Below are positions 1 through 17,805 of a DNA stretch of 64,000 nucleotides, piece by piece (the first letter of the stretch is position 1; each line of letters starts with the position of its first letter). This stretch comes from Chrysomallon squamiferum. Lineage: Eukaryota; Animalia; Mollusca. The notes under the pieces were generated by a model, which did no database searches, was not told the origin of the DNA, and was given only the letters and a program-made list of their open reading frames with translations. The stretch is from positions 20,832,001 through 20,896,000 of the forward strand of contig CM022670.1 in the NCBI GenBank assembly GCA_012295275.1, in the 5' to 3' direction. Position numbers and translations under genes: made by a program.

Positions 1-1965
1 ATTTTTCTTGACGCACATGAAAACGGAATGACGGTAACCAAATACGCATTTTACTGACCCTTTGCTTTATTACCTCCAGGACATGGCCAAGCCGGGCCAT
101 TGCCTCAAGGAAAACCGTCATAATCAACGTACAAAGCATACCTTTCATACTAACGATAAGTTATATTCATTTCGAGAAATTCCTTGATCCCGGCTTGTTA
201 TGACATTGGACACACAAATTTGATTGCCAAAAATGCCGGTAAGCAATCACTACCGAATATGGATATGTAAAGGATACAATTTCAGGTCACAGGTGAAGCA
301 TAACAAACGAATGTCAAGGTCCTTTTAATAACGCCTTTGTCCTATGAATGCAGATCATGGTGCAGAAAACTGAATGAAATTTGACTGCATTTTTAAAATT
401 CTAATCATGACAAAAGAGCCGTGAATGAACTGGATGAATGACGAGGCATTAATCACATATGCTGAGAGTGAATTGATATAAATTGCAAATGAATGCCTTG
501 ATGGTAAAAAGGAGATCATCCACTGCGTTGTTACATGTATGAGCCTGAATTACCACAGTTTACATTCCTTATAGAATAAATAAATAAATAAAAAAATATA
601 TAAATATATAAATAACTATCATATGAAATGTGCATCAAATTATATTTGAACTTTGGGATGTTGAGATTTTTGAAAGAATGAAAACAAATAACGACTGTAA
701 TAATCGATCGATCCATAAATTAAAATAATATTTTCTGGTTGTAGCAGTTTTCTGGTTTTTTTAAAAGTAGCAAATATTTTGAGAAAATAAAATGGAATAA
801 ATTTTGTTAAAGATTTTGCAGTGTCTGGCAACACTTTTGTTTTTGTCTTTCTTTGTGATTTTCTGTATCATTGCAATTATTGTAATTTTATCATTATTGC
901 CAGTGTTATTGTTATATCTATTATAATTATTATTAGTTATTGTTATTTTTAGTGTTGCTCTTTTATTATGGTTATTTTTATTTTAGTAGTAGTAGTTGTA
1001 ATCATTATTATTATTATTATATCTGTTTTGTAACCGTATTTAATGAATAGCAGAAACAAAGCACAAGTAAACTTATTGACACGTTCAGATCACTGGCACT
1101 CAATTCATATTAATGTGCTATCTTCAACACACAGATCTTCACCTCAACATTCCGACCGTGTTTGTTCATAATCGACAAGCAATTTTTTTAATTCTGTCTA
1201 TCTTGTCATCATTCCGTTTTGCTTAATGTCCTCATGCACAGAACATTTGACTAGCTGGACGATAATACATGTCATCAATCAAACACATTGACAATGGAAT
1301 CTAATAACTAAAGCTTGTTTCCACGTCAACTGTGTATGCTACATATCTGTTCAGACACCAAATCATCACTGTGCATTAAACATGTTAACAGTAAATGGTT
1401 ATGTTGCTGTTACTCAATAACCTTGACCCAGTGACAGAATACGTGTTTAGAAGATGTATTATTGGAGTGCAATAGTTCATTTTCAGTGAAAAGTAAAATT
1501 GTTCTGAGTATGGGTTAATGGGTCAGTTTATATGTTTGTATGTATGTATGTATGAATGTATGTATGTATGTATGTGTGTATGTATGTATGTATGTATGTA
1601 TGTACATACGTACGTAATATATTTTTATGAAACAGTTCATTCGTTTGCCAAAGGGGTATATGCAGATTCAAATGATTATATGAACATACATACATAAATA
1701 CAGATACACACATATATACCTTTCTTTCTTACCCACATACACACAATTTTAGATATAGCTTTACATACACAAACTGATATACATACAATATCGTGTCTGA
1801 CGATCTCTGGGATAACGCATTGTACCTTCGCGATTATATTTAAATTCTACGACGTAAATACTTAAGTGAAAAGACGTACGCATGCACATTTAGACATGTG
1901 CAGAGATACGCATGCATGCAATTCAGACAAAGCTTGTTATGCATGAGAGTGCAGGATATTATTCT

Positions 1966-2222
1966 GTGACGTCACGCCAACGACGTTAACGACACGTTAC
2001 CTGACGTAGTGTGGCGCACGACTACACAAGAGTCGCTTGCAGCTCTAGATTTATGTTGTGACATCAGCTTCAGACAGGTTTGGCCTGGCGATTGTCAATG
2101 AGCTATCGTCTTCATGGGTGTGGTTTTAAAACCATATACAAATGTTGCTAAATATCATCTTCTGTGGCTGGATTATCACTGGCTTTTCTCTTTCGTCTTC
2201 ACATAACCAAGTAAAGGTAAGT
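1966..2222 (+). promoter_or_regulatory. Putative promoter and non-coding first exon of the secreted EGF gene, with a palindromic CRE/ATF site
   Basis: GTGACGTCAC palindrome at 1966-1975 (core TGACGTCA), a further TGACGT half-site near 2002, a locally CpG-richer stretch, and a consensus donor AAG|GTAAGT at 2217. It could splice to the polypyrimidine-ttcag acceptor ending at 6165, upstream of ATG 6447. Confidence 0.45.
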
Positions 2223-3609
2223 CAAAATAATGATATCCAAAACTTAACCAAACAATAATAATTACTGCTATATTTGTTTTTGCATAGAACGGTTAGTGTA
2301 AATGATGGTGTAAAAGGCATGTTGTGTATAACAGATTGTAATATTTTGTAATTTTGCAGTGAAAGTTGAATCAAAAAGCGTGGTTAATGTTTGTTAAAGA
2401 GTTAATAGATTTATTCTCGGTGTTTGTTTTACGTAGAAAGGATGCACAACGTTAAGGAAATAACGTGCTTCTTAGCAGTAATTATAAATAGCACTAGTTG
2501 TTATTTGCAGACAACGTGACCGTCTCGTGAGCTTGTAAAGCAAACATTAGTGATATGTTGTTTTGCAAATGAACTATTTAAGGTCCTGTCAAAAATAATT
2601 ATAAACTGTACTGGTTGAAGCGATTATAATCGTGAACTTTTGATATCGCGAAATTATTACTAATATTCCGACTAATTACTTTGATCAGAAAAAAAGGTCA
2701 AACAAACACAATGTTCTTGGTACATATAAAACTGTACTTTTTACTGTTTTTGACACAAAGGTAACCCGAAACCATCACTTATCATAAATATTCTTTTTTT
2801 TTTTTTTTTTTTTTTTTTGAGTAATACGATAAGTCAAACGAACAATAAATTGCGTTTTCTCTGAATCATTATTAACTTTTTGTTTTTGTAGAGAAGGAAA
2901 GTGTCAAAAACCTCAAAAGCTTATGAAGAAATTGTTTGTTTACACAGCGAAAAAAAAAAACATTCAAATATTAGAAATGTCGGTTCTAAAAATATATTTA
3001 TATAAATTATTTTTTCACTGAACTTAAATCAGGTAATGACGATTTGTGCTTGTTATGAACAGTTTTCAATTGTACACTGTTCGTGTTTTTGCTGGTGTTG
3101 TTAACTAGTCAAATAACAATTCTGAAAGCATATTAAAATCCATTATCATATTTTCTTTAGTGTGAGTAAAGAACATACAACGATTTCATATATTTGTTAT
3201 AAACAGGCATCAAAAATTGCACTATCACTGATTTAGCAGTATGTGTTTAGTTAAAAAAAAACAGTTTTTACAAACTGTGTTAGTGTTTCCGCTATAATTG
3301 TATTCTCTGAATTATTTTTAAATAACGAGTTTTCTCCGCTTATGGAGCAAACGCATTAATATAAAAAAGCAGCAAAGATTTGTGAGGTCTTTTACTGTAT
3401 TTATGCATCACGAAAATTAGCTACTCTACTAATTGAAAAACGTGCACACGTTTTTACAGTTAGAACAAAACGTTTAATTAACTAGTGAACAATATGACAA
3501 TACAGTAAAGCAACTGTAATATAGAAGCATAAAGTAGAATTATACATACGCGCACCTTCATAAATAAATATGGACACGTACGTATTTACGAAGTGCGTTC
3601 GAATTTGAA

Positions 3610-3900
3610 TATATATATATGTATGTATGTATGCATATATCTATGTATGTATGTACGTATGATGTATGTATGTACGTATGTATGATGTGTGTATGTATGT
3701 ATGTATGATGTATGCATATATCTATGTATGTATGTATGTATGTATGCATATATCTATGTATGTATGTATGATGTATGTATGTATGTATGTATGATGTGTG
3801 TATGTGTGTATGCATGTGTGTATATATATGCATGCCTGTATTTAAGTATGTATATGTGTGTGTTTGTGTATGCATGTGTATCCGTTTATCTGTTTGCATA
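3610..3900. repeat. Degenerate (TATG)n/(TG)n microsatellite
   Basis: Direct reading. It explains the spurious ORFs 3558-3899 and 3689-4057. Confidence 0.9.
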
Positions 3901-4182
3901 TATGATTATAAAAGTAACGGTATCGTGCCCCAAAGTGTCAAATAGAGCCGCAAGCGACTCCCAGGGCAAGACAGAGACTTTCAATGATAATCACTGCAGT
4001 TTATTGCTAAATAATCTAAGTATATTATGTACAAAAACAATGACAAATAAAACGTAAGGGCTTGCTTTGTTCGCGTTGATAGACAGTCTGTGTTAACTCA
4101 CGACGCGGGATTAAGAGAACAGCGGAGATATAAGCTACAACGACAATAGTTTAATTGTGTGCATAGTCATAGCACCAGAATG

Positions 4183-4229
<47 letters not shown>

Positions 4230-4466
4230 GTTGTAGTAATAGTAGTAGCATTTTCGCATCTTTCTTTCTATATGTCTGTCTCTAAATATATATAAATAAA
4301 ATACGTTTTCATTTTTATATTATCATCATCATCATCATTTTAACGTTATTCCTCTAATAAAAAGAAAAACCCCGAAATAACAAAAAAAAAAAAAAAAAAC
4401 AGAACAAAAAAACAAAACAAAAAAAAGAGTACCAAAAATTTCTACCGCGTAAACATATTACATTTA

Positions 4467-4524
4467 ATTTTTTAAAATGCTTTTTAATAATTATATATAT
4501 AATTATCAAAAAGCATTTTAAAAA

Positions 4525-4526
<2 letters not shown>
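4467..4526. repeat. 60-bp near-perfect AT-rich palindrome followed by (ATATGT)n to about 4598
   Basis: attttttaaaatgctttttaataatt-atatatat-aattatcaaaaagcattttaaaaaat. The arms are reverse complements with one mismatch. Confidence 0.85.
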
Positions 4527-4598
<72 letters not shown>

Positions 4599-6446
4599 GT
4601 ATGTTTGTATGTATGTATGAATGTATCTTTTTAAAAAAAATGTTAAGCTCTGTTTTTCATGCACTGCTTGTCATACGGTGATGTTTAATGAGTGTTATCG
4701 TAATGACCTATTACAGAGCGGTGAAAAGGAACTACACTCGACCATGTTAAAACCTCACGCGACAATGTTAAAAGCTCCCACATGTACGTATACACACAAT
4801 AACTCATTGGGAGAATGACAGGCCAACTTGACCGAAACAGTCAAGGAAAAAGAGTTATGGAATAGGTCGAGCCGACTGACATAATATTGATACGGCATTG
4901 ACAGATGGATTTTGTTTTAGAAATATTTTTCAGTAAACGAACTGGAACAGAGGTGACTGTCATTTGAAACTGTGTTGATTTGACATAACGAGGGCTTGGA
5001 CCACAATAACGACGTGTCCATTTTATCATATATCAAAGTTAAAGATTGTCACGTAATCTTTATAATTAATATTTTTATTTATTATTTAGTTTTTTTTGTC
5101 AATAATTGTTATTCTTGCGCATTATGCCATCCTGTCATCTTCGATACCATGCTTTATAAAATCTGTAGCCATTCTGCAGCACTTATACTGGGACAAATAT
5201 TTAAATATCTTAACTTAACCGCTGTCAGTAATACATACATACATACATACATACATACGTACGTATATAGATATAGATACATACAAAGTTACATCCTGTA
5301 ATGATTTACATATCATCATCGTTAACATAAATAACTATTTTTGTGACTTGTTTAAAAAGGTCAGTAACGGTGTGTTTTATTGTTATGATTATTACACCCA
5401 CCCCCCCACACACACACACATGCACACACACACACGCACACTCACCCACACACACACATATATATATAGATAGATATATAGACAGAGAACTAGATAGATT
5501 AATAGACATATAGATAGTTGTGTGGGTAGATGGATGAATGATGAATTCATCGATAGACAGATATTTAGATATAAATAGATGGATAGTTACCTAAATAGCT
5601 AGACAGATAGATTGATACATATATAGAGAAATCGACTTAGCAACAAAAAAAAAGCAAAAAAAAAAAAAAATAATAATTACATTAACAGTAAAAATTAAAA
5701 TAAATGGAATGCAATAAAACAGAAATAATTCGCAAAATATAAATCACCAGTTATGACATTTAGTACTAAATATAGAACGCCACTGTATTTTTAGATTCTG
5801 TTTGATGTTGCGTCATTTTGACAGCTAGAGATCTTTATGAATGGCGTCTATACTTTAACAACCATAGATATACTTTTCTATAGAGTTCATCAATTTATTT
5901 ACTGGTGCGGAATGCACTTTAATATTTTAATTCATAGAAACAGTGTATATTAATAAAAACCGTTATTTATTAAAACTATTATTTATAAGTGCGGCAAGGA
6001 CAGAATGAATTAAGAGTGATGAATTAATTAAGGAATAAATAATCATATTTAACACAGTTATGATAATAGACGTAGGGGCATAGCAGCATTACCTTCACAC
6101 ATACATTAACGCTGATCCGAATATGTTTTACAAAAGCTCAAGTTATTTTCTTTCTTTTTATTCAGGTTGTTATCTGACATAAACGGAAGATTTACTACAC
6201 CAGTAGAATTGTCTGCCTACCATCTGTTCACCTGCTCATCTGCTCACAATTACTCACCTGCGCCTGGACTCACGAACTCTCGTTTATCTAAGAAAGACTC
6301 TTATTTATTTTTCAAAATACCAAAACAATGACGTAGTATTTTGCCTTTCTAAAAATTGAAAAAATAAAAAAAAGAAGAAGAAGAAAAAAAAAAAAAAAAA
6401 ACACAAACCAGGAAATAAAAGAAAAAACATTACGCACAAAGAACTC

Positions 6447-8681
6447 ATGATTGAAACACAGAAAATGAAATATGTAATATTGCTACAGTTGACTGTGTGC
6501 GGTTTTGTTGTTCGCTGTGCACCTGCCACAACGAGATTTCAAAATATCTGGAATCAGGGAAAGAATGGATGCTCTAACCCATGTGAAAACGTCGGTGCCA
6601 ATATCTGTTCTTTGCAGGGAGTCTGCGTTAGAGATGGCTGTGGCTGGAACTGCCGCTGCTATGCTGGGTACACTGGCAAGTTTTGTGAAGAGCGGGTGTT
6701 TGCAACCGTGCCTGCAGTTAACAATAACAAAAAGACGTATGATCCTATTGTCAGTGGAAATATATTCGATATGTTGGATCAGTCTCTGAGAGATTCCACA
6801 ACATCGAGTACAACTACATCAAAAACGGCTGCTAAAACCACATTTTTAAGTACGGCACCTACTTCTATGACATCCTTTCTTGCTACAGCTACCGCAAAGA
6901 GTATTCCTTTGTCGACGATCGTAACTGTGCGGTCTTCATCAGTGAAAACAAAGCCAACCGCTACGATAAGGGATCCCTCGTCAACATCGACAGTAAAGCG
7001 GTCATCAGCATCTGCAACAACTCCTTCACCATTACCAGTTCCTTATTCGACAACATTGTCGATTCCTACAACACTGAAAACATCGATATCAGCGGAAGTT
7101 CATACAGAAACAACTGTTTCGCATACAAAATCAAATATTGGTATTGAAAAACCTTTATTACAACAACTAACTAGACCACTGGAATTTGTAACTATAAACA
7201 CTCATAAACAAGCCGGACCAAACATAGTTTTACGAAGTCCTGTTCCAGGGAAACGTGAATCAGCCTCAAAGAACCCATCACCTGAAAAGCAAGATCAAGT
7301 AAATCCAAACTTGAAAAGAAAACACCATAAATGTATTAACAATATTACTAAAGTGAATATGGTTTCGGCTAAAACACCTAGAAACATTGTTCTAGGAGCT
7401 ATACTGCAGCGTTCACGAGTTGTGACTATACCTGTAGAGTCAGTAACCACCAACATTGTGAAAAAAGTAACTCAGAATGATATCGAAGCTAAGGGAAACG
7501 ATCATAATGACCAGACTCAGACTCAAAAGGATAATGGTTCTCGGCAGGGAAACAGCGATGCAATTAAAGTCAAAGCTACTAATTTTACTGGAAAACAAAA
7601 TGACAGACACCAAAATGAACCAAGTCAAAATATGAAAGCTGCGATAGAAAATGACAATGATGAAAATAGCGTTAACCTCAACGATAGCATTGCCAACAAG
7701 ACAACTAGTAAAATTGTTGATGGTTCAAATGGAACAAATCAGAATGTAATCATCGATGATGCCAAAATCACCAAAGTCAACGAATCACATAGAAATAAAA
7801 CAAGCAACAAACATTCTCACTCTGAGAATGGAAACAATAAAGGTAAAAATGAAATTAGTAACTCAACATCGACTGAAAATATTCACGTTGAAAATACCTC
7901 CGGTAAAACTAACGAAAACAGTAATGCTAGTTTTGTTAACAGTACAGTTAAAAGAAACGGAGAACACAAGAATAGGAACGATGATGGCGAAGATGGAAGT
8001 CAGAAAGAAGTCAACGTGGAGACAAGTACTCGTGGAAATAACAAAACTACAGAAAACAGCATGGACAGTGAGAGCAAACGACATAATAGGGATAATGGCG
8101 AGAATAAAAACAGTGGACGGGTCGATAAAAATCACGGTACAAGACAACATAAATTTGACAACAGCAGTTCTAACCAAAGTAAATCTGACAATGGTAAAGA
8201 AATTGAAACTAGTTCTTCTGAAGTATCAAAAGATAACCGTACAGATATTAATTCCAGAAAGTTGGATGTGAATTCTGACAATGGTAAAACCGCCAGTGAT
8301 GATGGTAGAAACGTCACGAAGAGTATCTTTCCAACAACTGACCGTTCAAATCTAAATTTCAATAATGACAGAAAATCTTTGAACATGAACTCTGAGAATA
8401 ACAAAACCTTGAACGATCACAGAAACGTGACGAAACATACCTTACATTCTGGAGACGGTTCTTTTACCATTTCAACTACCGTTCCTGATCCTAAAAGTGA
8501 AGTCACAAGAAATAGCGGTACAGAAAACAGAGGAAGCGATGTGATTCCAAAAAGAAACAATACACAAAACAGAGATAGTAAAACTAGAGTCAGTGACTCG
8601 AATGGCGATAACAAACATTTACAGAGAATCATTCGTCACCCAAGAAAAGAACATTCTGTAGCTCAGATCGGAAGAGACTGA
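6447..8681 (+). CDS. Secreted protein, single coding exon, 744 aa (738 aa from Met7): signal peptide, one 8-Cys EGF-like domain, Ser/Thr/Pro mucin-like stalk, long Asn/Asp/Ser/Lys-rich disordered tail
   Basis: 2.2-kb uninterrupted ORF in AT-rich DNA. Hydrophobic leader MKYVILLQLTVCGFVVRC. EGF CSNPCENVGANICSLQGVCVRDGCGWNCRCYAGYTGKFC at 6570-6686. No TM segment. Acceptor at 6164-6165 and AATAAA at 9003. Confidence 0.88.
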   Translation: MIETQKMKYVILLQLTVCGFVVRCAPATTRFQNIWNQGKNGCSNPCENVGANICSLQGVCVRDGCGWNCRCYAGYTGKFCEERVFATVPAVNNNKKTYDPIVSGNIFDMLDQSLRDSTTSSTTTSKTAAKTTFLSTAPTSMTSFLATATAKSIPLSTIVTVRSSSVKTKPTATIRDPSSTSTVKRSSASATTPSPLPVPYSTTLSIPTTLKTSISAEVHTETTVSHTKSNIGIEKPLLQQLTRPLEFVTINTHKQAGPNIVLRSPVPGKRESASKNPSPEKQDQVNPNLKRKHHKCINNITKVNMVSAKTPRNIVLGAILQRSRVVTIPVESVTTNIVKKVTQNDIEAKGNDHNDQTQTQKDNGSRQGNSDAIKVKATNFTGKQNDRHQNEPSQNMKAAIENDNDENSVNLNDSIANKTTSKIVDGSNGTNQNVIIDDAKITKVNESHRNKTSNKHSHSENGNNKGKNEISNSTSTENIHVENTSGKTNENSNASFVNSTVKRNGEHKNRNDDGEDGSQKEVNVETSTRGNNKTTENSMDSESKRHNRDNGENKNSGRVDKNHGTRQHKFDNSSSNQSKSDNGKEIETSSSEVSKDNRTDINSRKLDVNSDNGKTASDDGRNVTKSIFPTTDRSNLNFNNDRKSLNMNSENNKTLNDHRNVTKHTLHSGDGSFTISTTVPDPKSEVTRNSGTENRGSDVIPKRNNTQNRDSKTRVSDSNGDNKHLQRIIRHPRKEHSVAQIGRD

Positions 8682-10480
8682 TTAAGAACAAATCTCGCGA
8701 TATCTTGAAAGTGAGTTAGAATTATATCGTCTTTCAGTTCATGCTCAAAACAATTATTGTCACTTTTCCCACAAACTGTAGAAAATGAGTATCACCTAGG
8801 TTTGCAGTGGTATTCGAGACTACGCAGCTCAGAAACAATGTTAATTTTAAAATATATTTTACAACGAATTTATAGGAATATAATGCTTTATGTTGAATGT
8901 CCTTGGTGAGCAATATGTTCAACTGAAGGTGAGACTGATCATATGATATTTTGAATTTTGCATTATAATGTGTGTATTATTCAAACTGAATACTTAAGGA
9001 CTAATAAATGTTAATAATTTGTCGTTAAGAACCTGATTATAGAATGAATTGTTTCACAAAATGTTGTGAGTCCAGAAAAGACAGAATGGAATGTACAGTA
9101 AAATTAAATAAAGAAACTGGGTTCAAAAATCTATACGCATTTAAAATGTATATTGACTTCAGTAACTGAATACAAGCGTTAGCTTTCATTATAATTAAAC
9201 TGTACTGACATTATAAGAAATTCTAACGAAAAATTAACTGAAAAATGAACGCTCCAAATACTTTTAATAGATACACATACCCATTTAATATTCCATGAAC
9301 CAGCTCTTGGGATACGTCAGTGTTGTACAAGAAATTATTCTACCACTAAGTAAAGAAACACTTTACCTTTATAACACACAGTAACAGCATTTTGAAACGT
9401 CAAGTTAATATTAACTGCACCAAAATTAAATAAATAAACAATGAAACAAATAATCAAACAAAAAAACATTCAAATAAATAAATAAATACTTAAATAAACA
9501 AATAAAGAAAGAAAAGAACAACGAAAGAAAGGAACAATGGGCGAATTAAAGAAAATATACTGGTAAATGTTTTTGACAGTCCATCCCTATTTATTTCCCT
9601 TTATTCACATCTTAGTTTAAATTAAATTTATAATAAACAATATACACTGTTTGATGTCAAAGACGATTTCAAATCGTACAGCTTTAATTCAGAATGAAAG
9701 GATTTAGAAATCGTCTTAACGTTTTCAAACACATTAATGAGCTAATTAAAGTAATTGAGGTAGGACAAAAAATGCGAGACACACTTATCTGAGACGTGAA
9801 AAGAAGAAGAAAAAAAAGGACAGTGCACACATTCAAAAGTGTTGAAGTTAAGCTTCGGAGGTGTGGAAAATACATAACCAGACGTTTTAATATTCCTAGA
9901 GAAACGGTGCGTTTGAAGCAGGCACTTTCATGCAGGAAAACAGTCAAACCAAAAACCGCTTCATTCTGAACTTTCTAAATTTGTCTTTGTAATATGTAGC
10001 CTTGGATGTTACGTGGACTCTCTTTTAAACAGATATTTTAAAATAACAGTGTCGCACTAATTTGCTCAGTCATTGCACACACTGTGAAAGAAAACTAAAG
10101 GAAATGTTATGACGTCTTCGTGTTGACCATTAAAATCAGCATCCTGGTTTTTTCTAATCTGATATGTTTAATGTTTTGTTAACTGATCACGGTATAACAC
10201 TAAAATAATAAGCTTGCAAAGTTACTGCAGCCTCAGTAAGTAGAGACTATTTTCACGTTTCTGTACATCAAATGATCTATCAAAACAAAAAAAGGAAATA
10301 ATTATAATAGTCTTATTAATACTTTCACGATCTTACTATTGTACTGGCATGCTTATTATTAAGAAAAATTACAGGAACAAAACAACAACATTAACAGTTT
10401 ATTTAGGTAATTTATTCGCCTTACCACAGAAACACTTTAAGTTACTGTGTACAAACATTACTTTGATAGGTGTTTTCTAT

Positions 10481-10598
10481 AAAGTTAATATTAAAATAAA
10501 ACAGGATATAATGTTAATACTAAACTAAAACAGGGAACACGGTTAATATGAAAATTAAGCAGGGTATGAAATTAATATTGAAAATAAACAGGGTTTAA
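10481..10598. repeat. Degenerate 29-30-bp minisatellite, about 4 units; second copy at about 21926-22020
   Basis: Repeated unit like gttaatattaaaataaaacaggg. Confidence 0.65.
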
Positions 10599-11531
10599 AA
10601 GATGCAGAGGACCGTTTATCATACAAAAAAAATTATGACGAGATTTGTAACGTTATTCAGAATGTGCCCAAGTATTGTCATTTTTAAAAAAATATTTTTA
10701 CTTTATGTTGATAATATTTAACATATAAAAATCTATGAATATCAGTATTCTTTTTTTTTTGCCTTTTTATATTATTTTATTTTTATTTATTTATTAAATA
10801 TATCAAATCATTATCTATTATTCTGTTTTCCTTTTTCAAAATACTTTATAGTAATTTTTAGTTTTGTTTTCTCAAGGTAATAGCAGACTATATATTTTCA
10901 AACATATAGATATTCAAAGTTTTAATTTATTCTATGAAAAAAGAAATATTTAACACCAGGCAAAGAAATACAAAATATAAAATTTATTTACAAAATACAG
11001 TCCAGAAATACATCTATTTAACATTATTTCCTTTCCTTTCTAATATCTATACTTTCAAATAATTTGTTTTCTCGTTTTATCTAAGAATAATGAAGGCATA
11101 TAAACTCACCATTTCTAATCTGTAATAATTAATGACTGTTAAAAATGTATCAAGGAATTAAAGAATGACTAAACCAAACTGGGGAAAAAATGAAAAAAAA
11201 AAAAAAAAAAAAAAACAACACAACGTATAAATAAAATTGGGACTGTTAACAGCGACGAAATCTACACAAATTATAATTTCAATATGAACAAATATTACAA
11301 ATTAATAATAAACATCAAACAAATAAATTTAATTCACATATAGCACTAAAATTATAGTTATAAATCCCACACAAAGTGTTTTTGGTAAATGGAATTTGAT
11401 AATAAAATCGATATCTCATTTACTAGTAATGTATATAATTATTCGTTTCATAAACAGAGACAGAAAGAAAGAATGAGAGACAGAGAAATACAGCGTGTCT
11501 GTGTGTACGCGTGAATTTGGAGCTGACTTTT

Positions 11532-16295
<4,764 letters not shown>

Positions 16296-17049
16296 TTCAC
16301 AAGACAAATTGAAATAATCAGCTTTCAGATGAAAAAAATATATATATCAAAACAAAATCCAGTCCTTATTACATTGAATTTATCAGAGACCTGATGTGTA
16401 GCTAGCTGTATGATACTAACAAATATAATGTGTGTATGTCCAGACCAGTAAGCAGTCACTAAATATCTTTGTCGTACATAAAGGCAGGTAATTTTATTTT
16501 AAAATCTTCAATAAGATGATACAAAAGACTATTAAATTTCTGCTTTATAGGTTATTGACTGTATTCAAAGATACAGAAAACAGTAGGTCTTAATTAAATA
16601 ACTTTGTCAAGCATATAAATGCAATTAATTTTGTCTTGACATCTTCAGTAAAGAATCAGGATGTGATCTATATTCTTTTCTTAAGTTAATAATACGGTTT
16701 TTTATTGTCTGCTGTGAACCATGATACATACGTAATTACAAGTAGTTGTTGTCAATCGGTCACACTCTAAAAATTGTCTTTATAGAGTTGCATGGTGAAC
16801 AAGAAAATATTCGTCTCTTTCAGTTATTATTATTATTAAATAAATTATTTTAAATATTATTAAATAACAAGTTTAAAACTGTCCGATCCAAAAATGAACG
16901 GCCCGAGTTTGCGCACCCCTGGCTTAGACTCTATGTATGTTGTATAATGTTCAAGGTTATGAAATAATAAAACTTTTTATTATGTATATATGGATCGTGG
17001 CTGAATCTACCTCGTTCATTTCCGAAACATCTATACATACATACATCTA

Positions 17050-17142
<93 letters not shown>

Positions 17143-17710
17143 CTACTGGAATCATTACTGCAGTTATTCTTTTGTTGTTGGTGTGCTCTTAATTTATTTA
17201 TTTATCTATAATTTAAATTGCATAGAGATGCAAACACGTGTATACTAGCATAAATAAACATACGCATATACATTCACATGAATGTAATTTCTTCAGTATT
17301 AACATTACATGGTTAAATATTGAACAGATCTTTTTATTTTATACTTTTCAAGAATAGGCAAACACTAACACTATTGTAATTTATCACCTCAATGATTTTT
17401 CAAGGTATCGGATCAGAACATTCACCAAATACATTTTAACAAAACAAAGTTTTATTCTTTATTTACCGGGAGGAAAAAAAAAATAAAAACCATTGTTAAG
17501 ATAGTTTCTTTTATAGAAATTTAATACTGAAATGTAATTCTTATCTCACGACAATATAAATGATTGTTAGAAACACACCAGTCAAGTGTTCGATGAGTAA
17601 TTACAACTATTGAAGATCGGGGTGCACCCCATTGTGCCTACACTGGGTCAGTTGGCAGACTGATAAGTTAAAATGCACCCCCACAGTATGGACCTATTTT
17701 AAACTGAAAT

Positions 17711-17805
17711 GATCCAATTAAGGTTCAAGCATGCTGTCCTTGGCACATACCTCAGCTCTGGTTTCGATCCAGTTACGGGATTCAAACCCCTACGAACCGT
17801 GGCTA
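17711..17805 (-). mobile_element. tRNA-derived SINE fragment (duplicate at 27496-27581)
   Basis: Minus-strand B-box GGTTTGAATCCC here and a perfect GGTTCGAATCCC in the duplicate. No complete cloverleaf. Confidence 0.5.

Noticed and set aside
1-540. Non-repetitive, somewhat GC-richer stretch that looks coding-like
   Set aside because: No ORF of 60 aa or more within it and no recognisable motif. It may be a decayed TE or UTR, but I cannot support a call.
7440-8632. Antisense and alternate-frame ORFs over the secreted EGF gene, and similar ones over GT32, TIR and MAM exons
   Set aside because: Shadows of real coding exons with no independent motifs.
10481-10598. Regularly spaced 30-bp repeats resembling a CRISPR array
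   Set aside because: Head-to-tail degenerate minisatellite with no unique spacers or cas genes, in a eukaryotic context.
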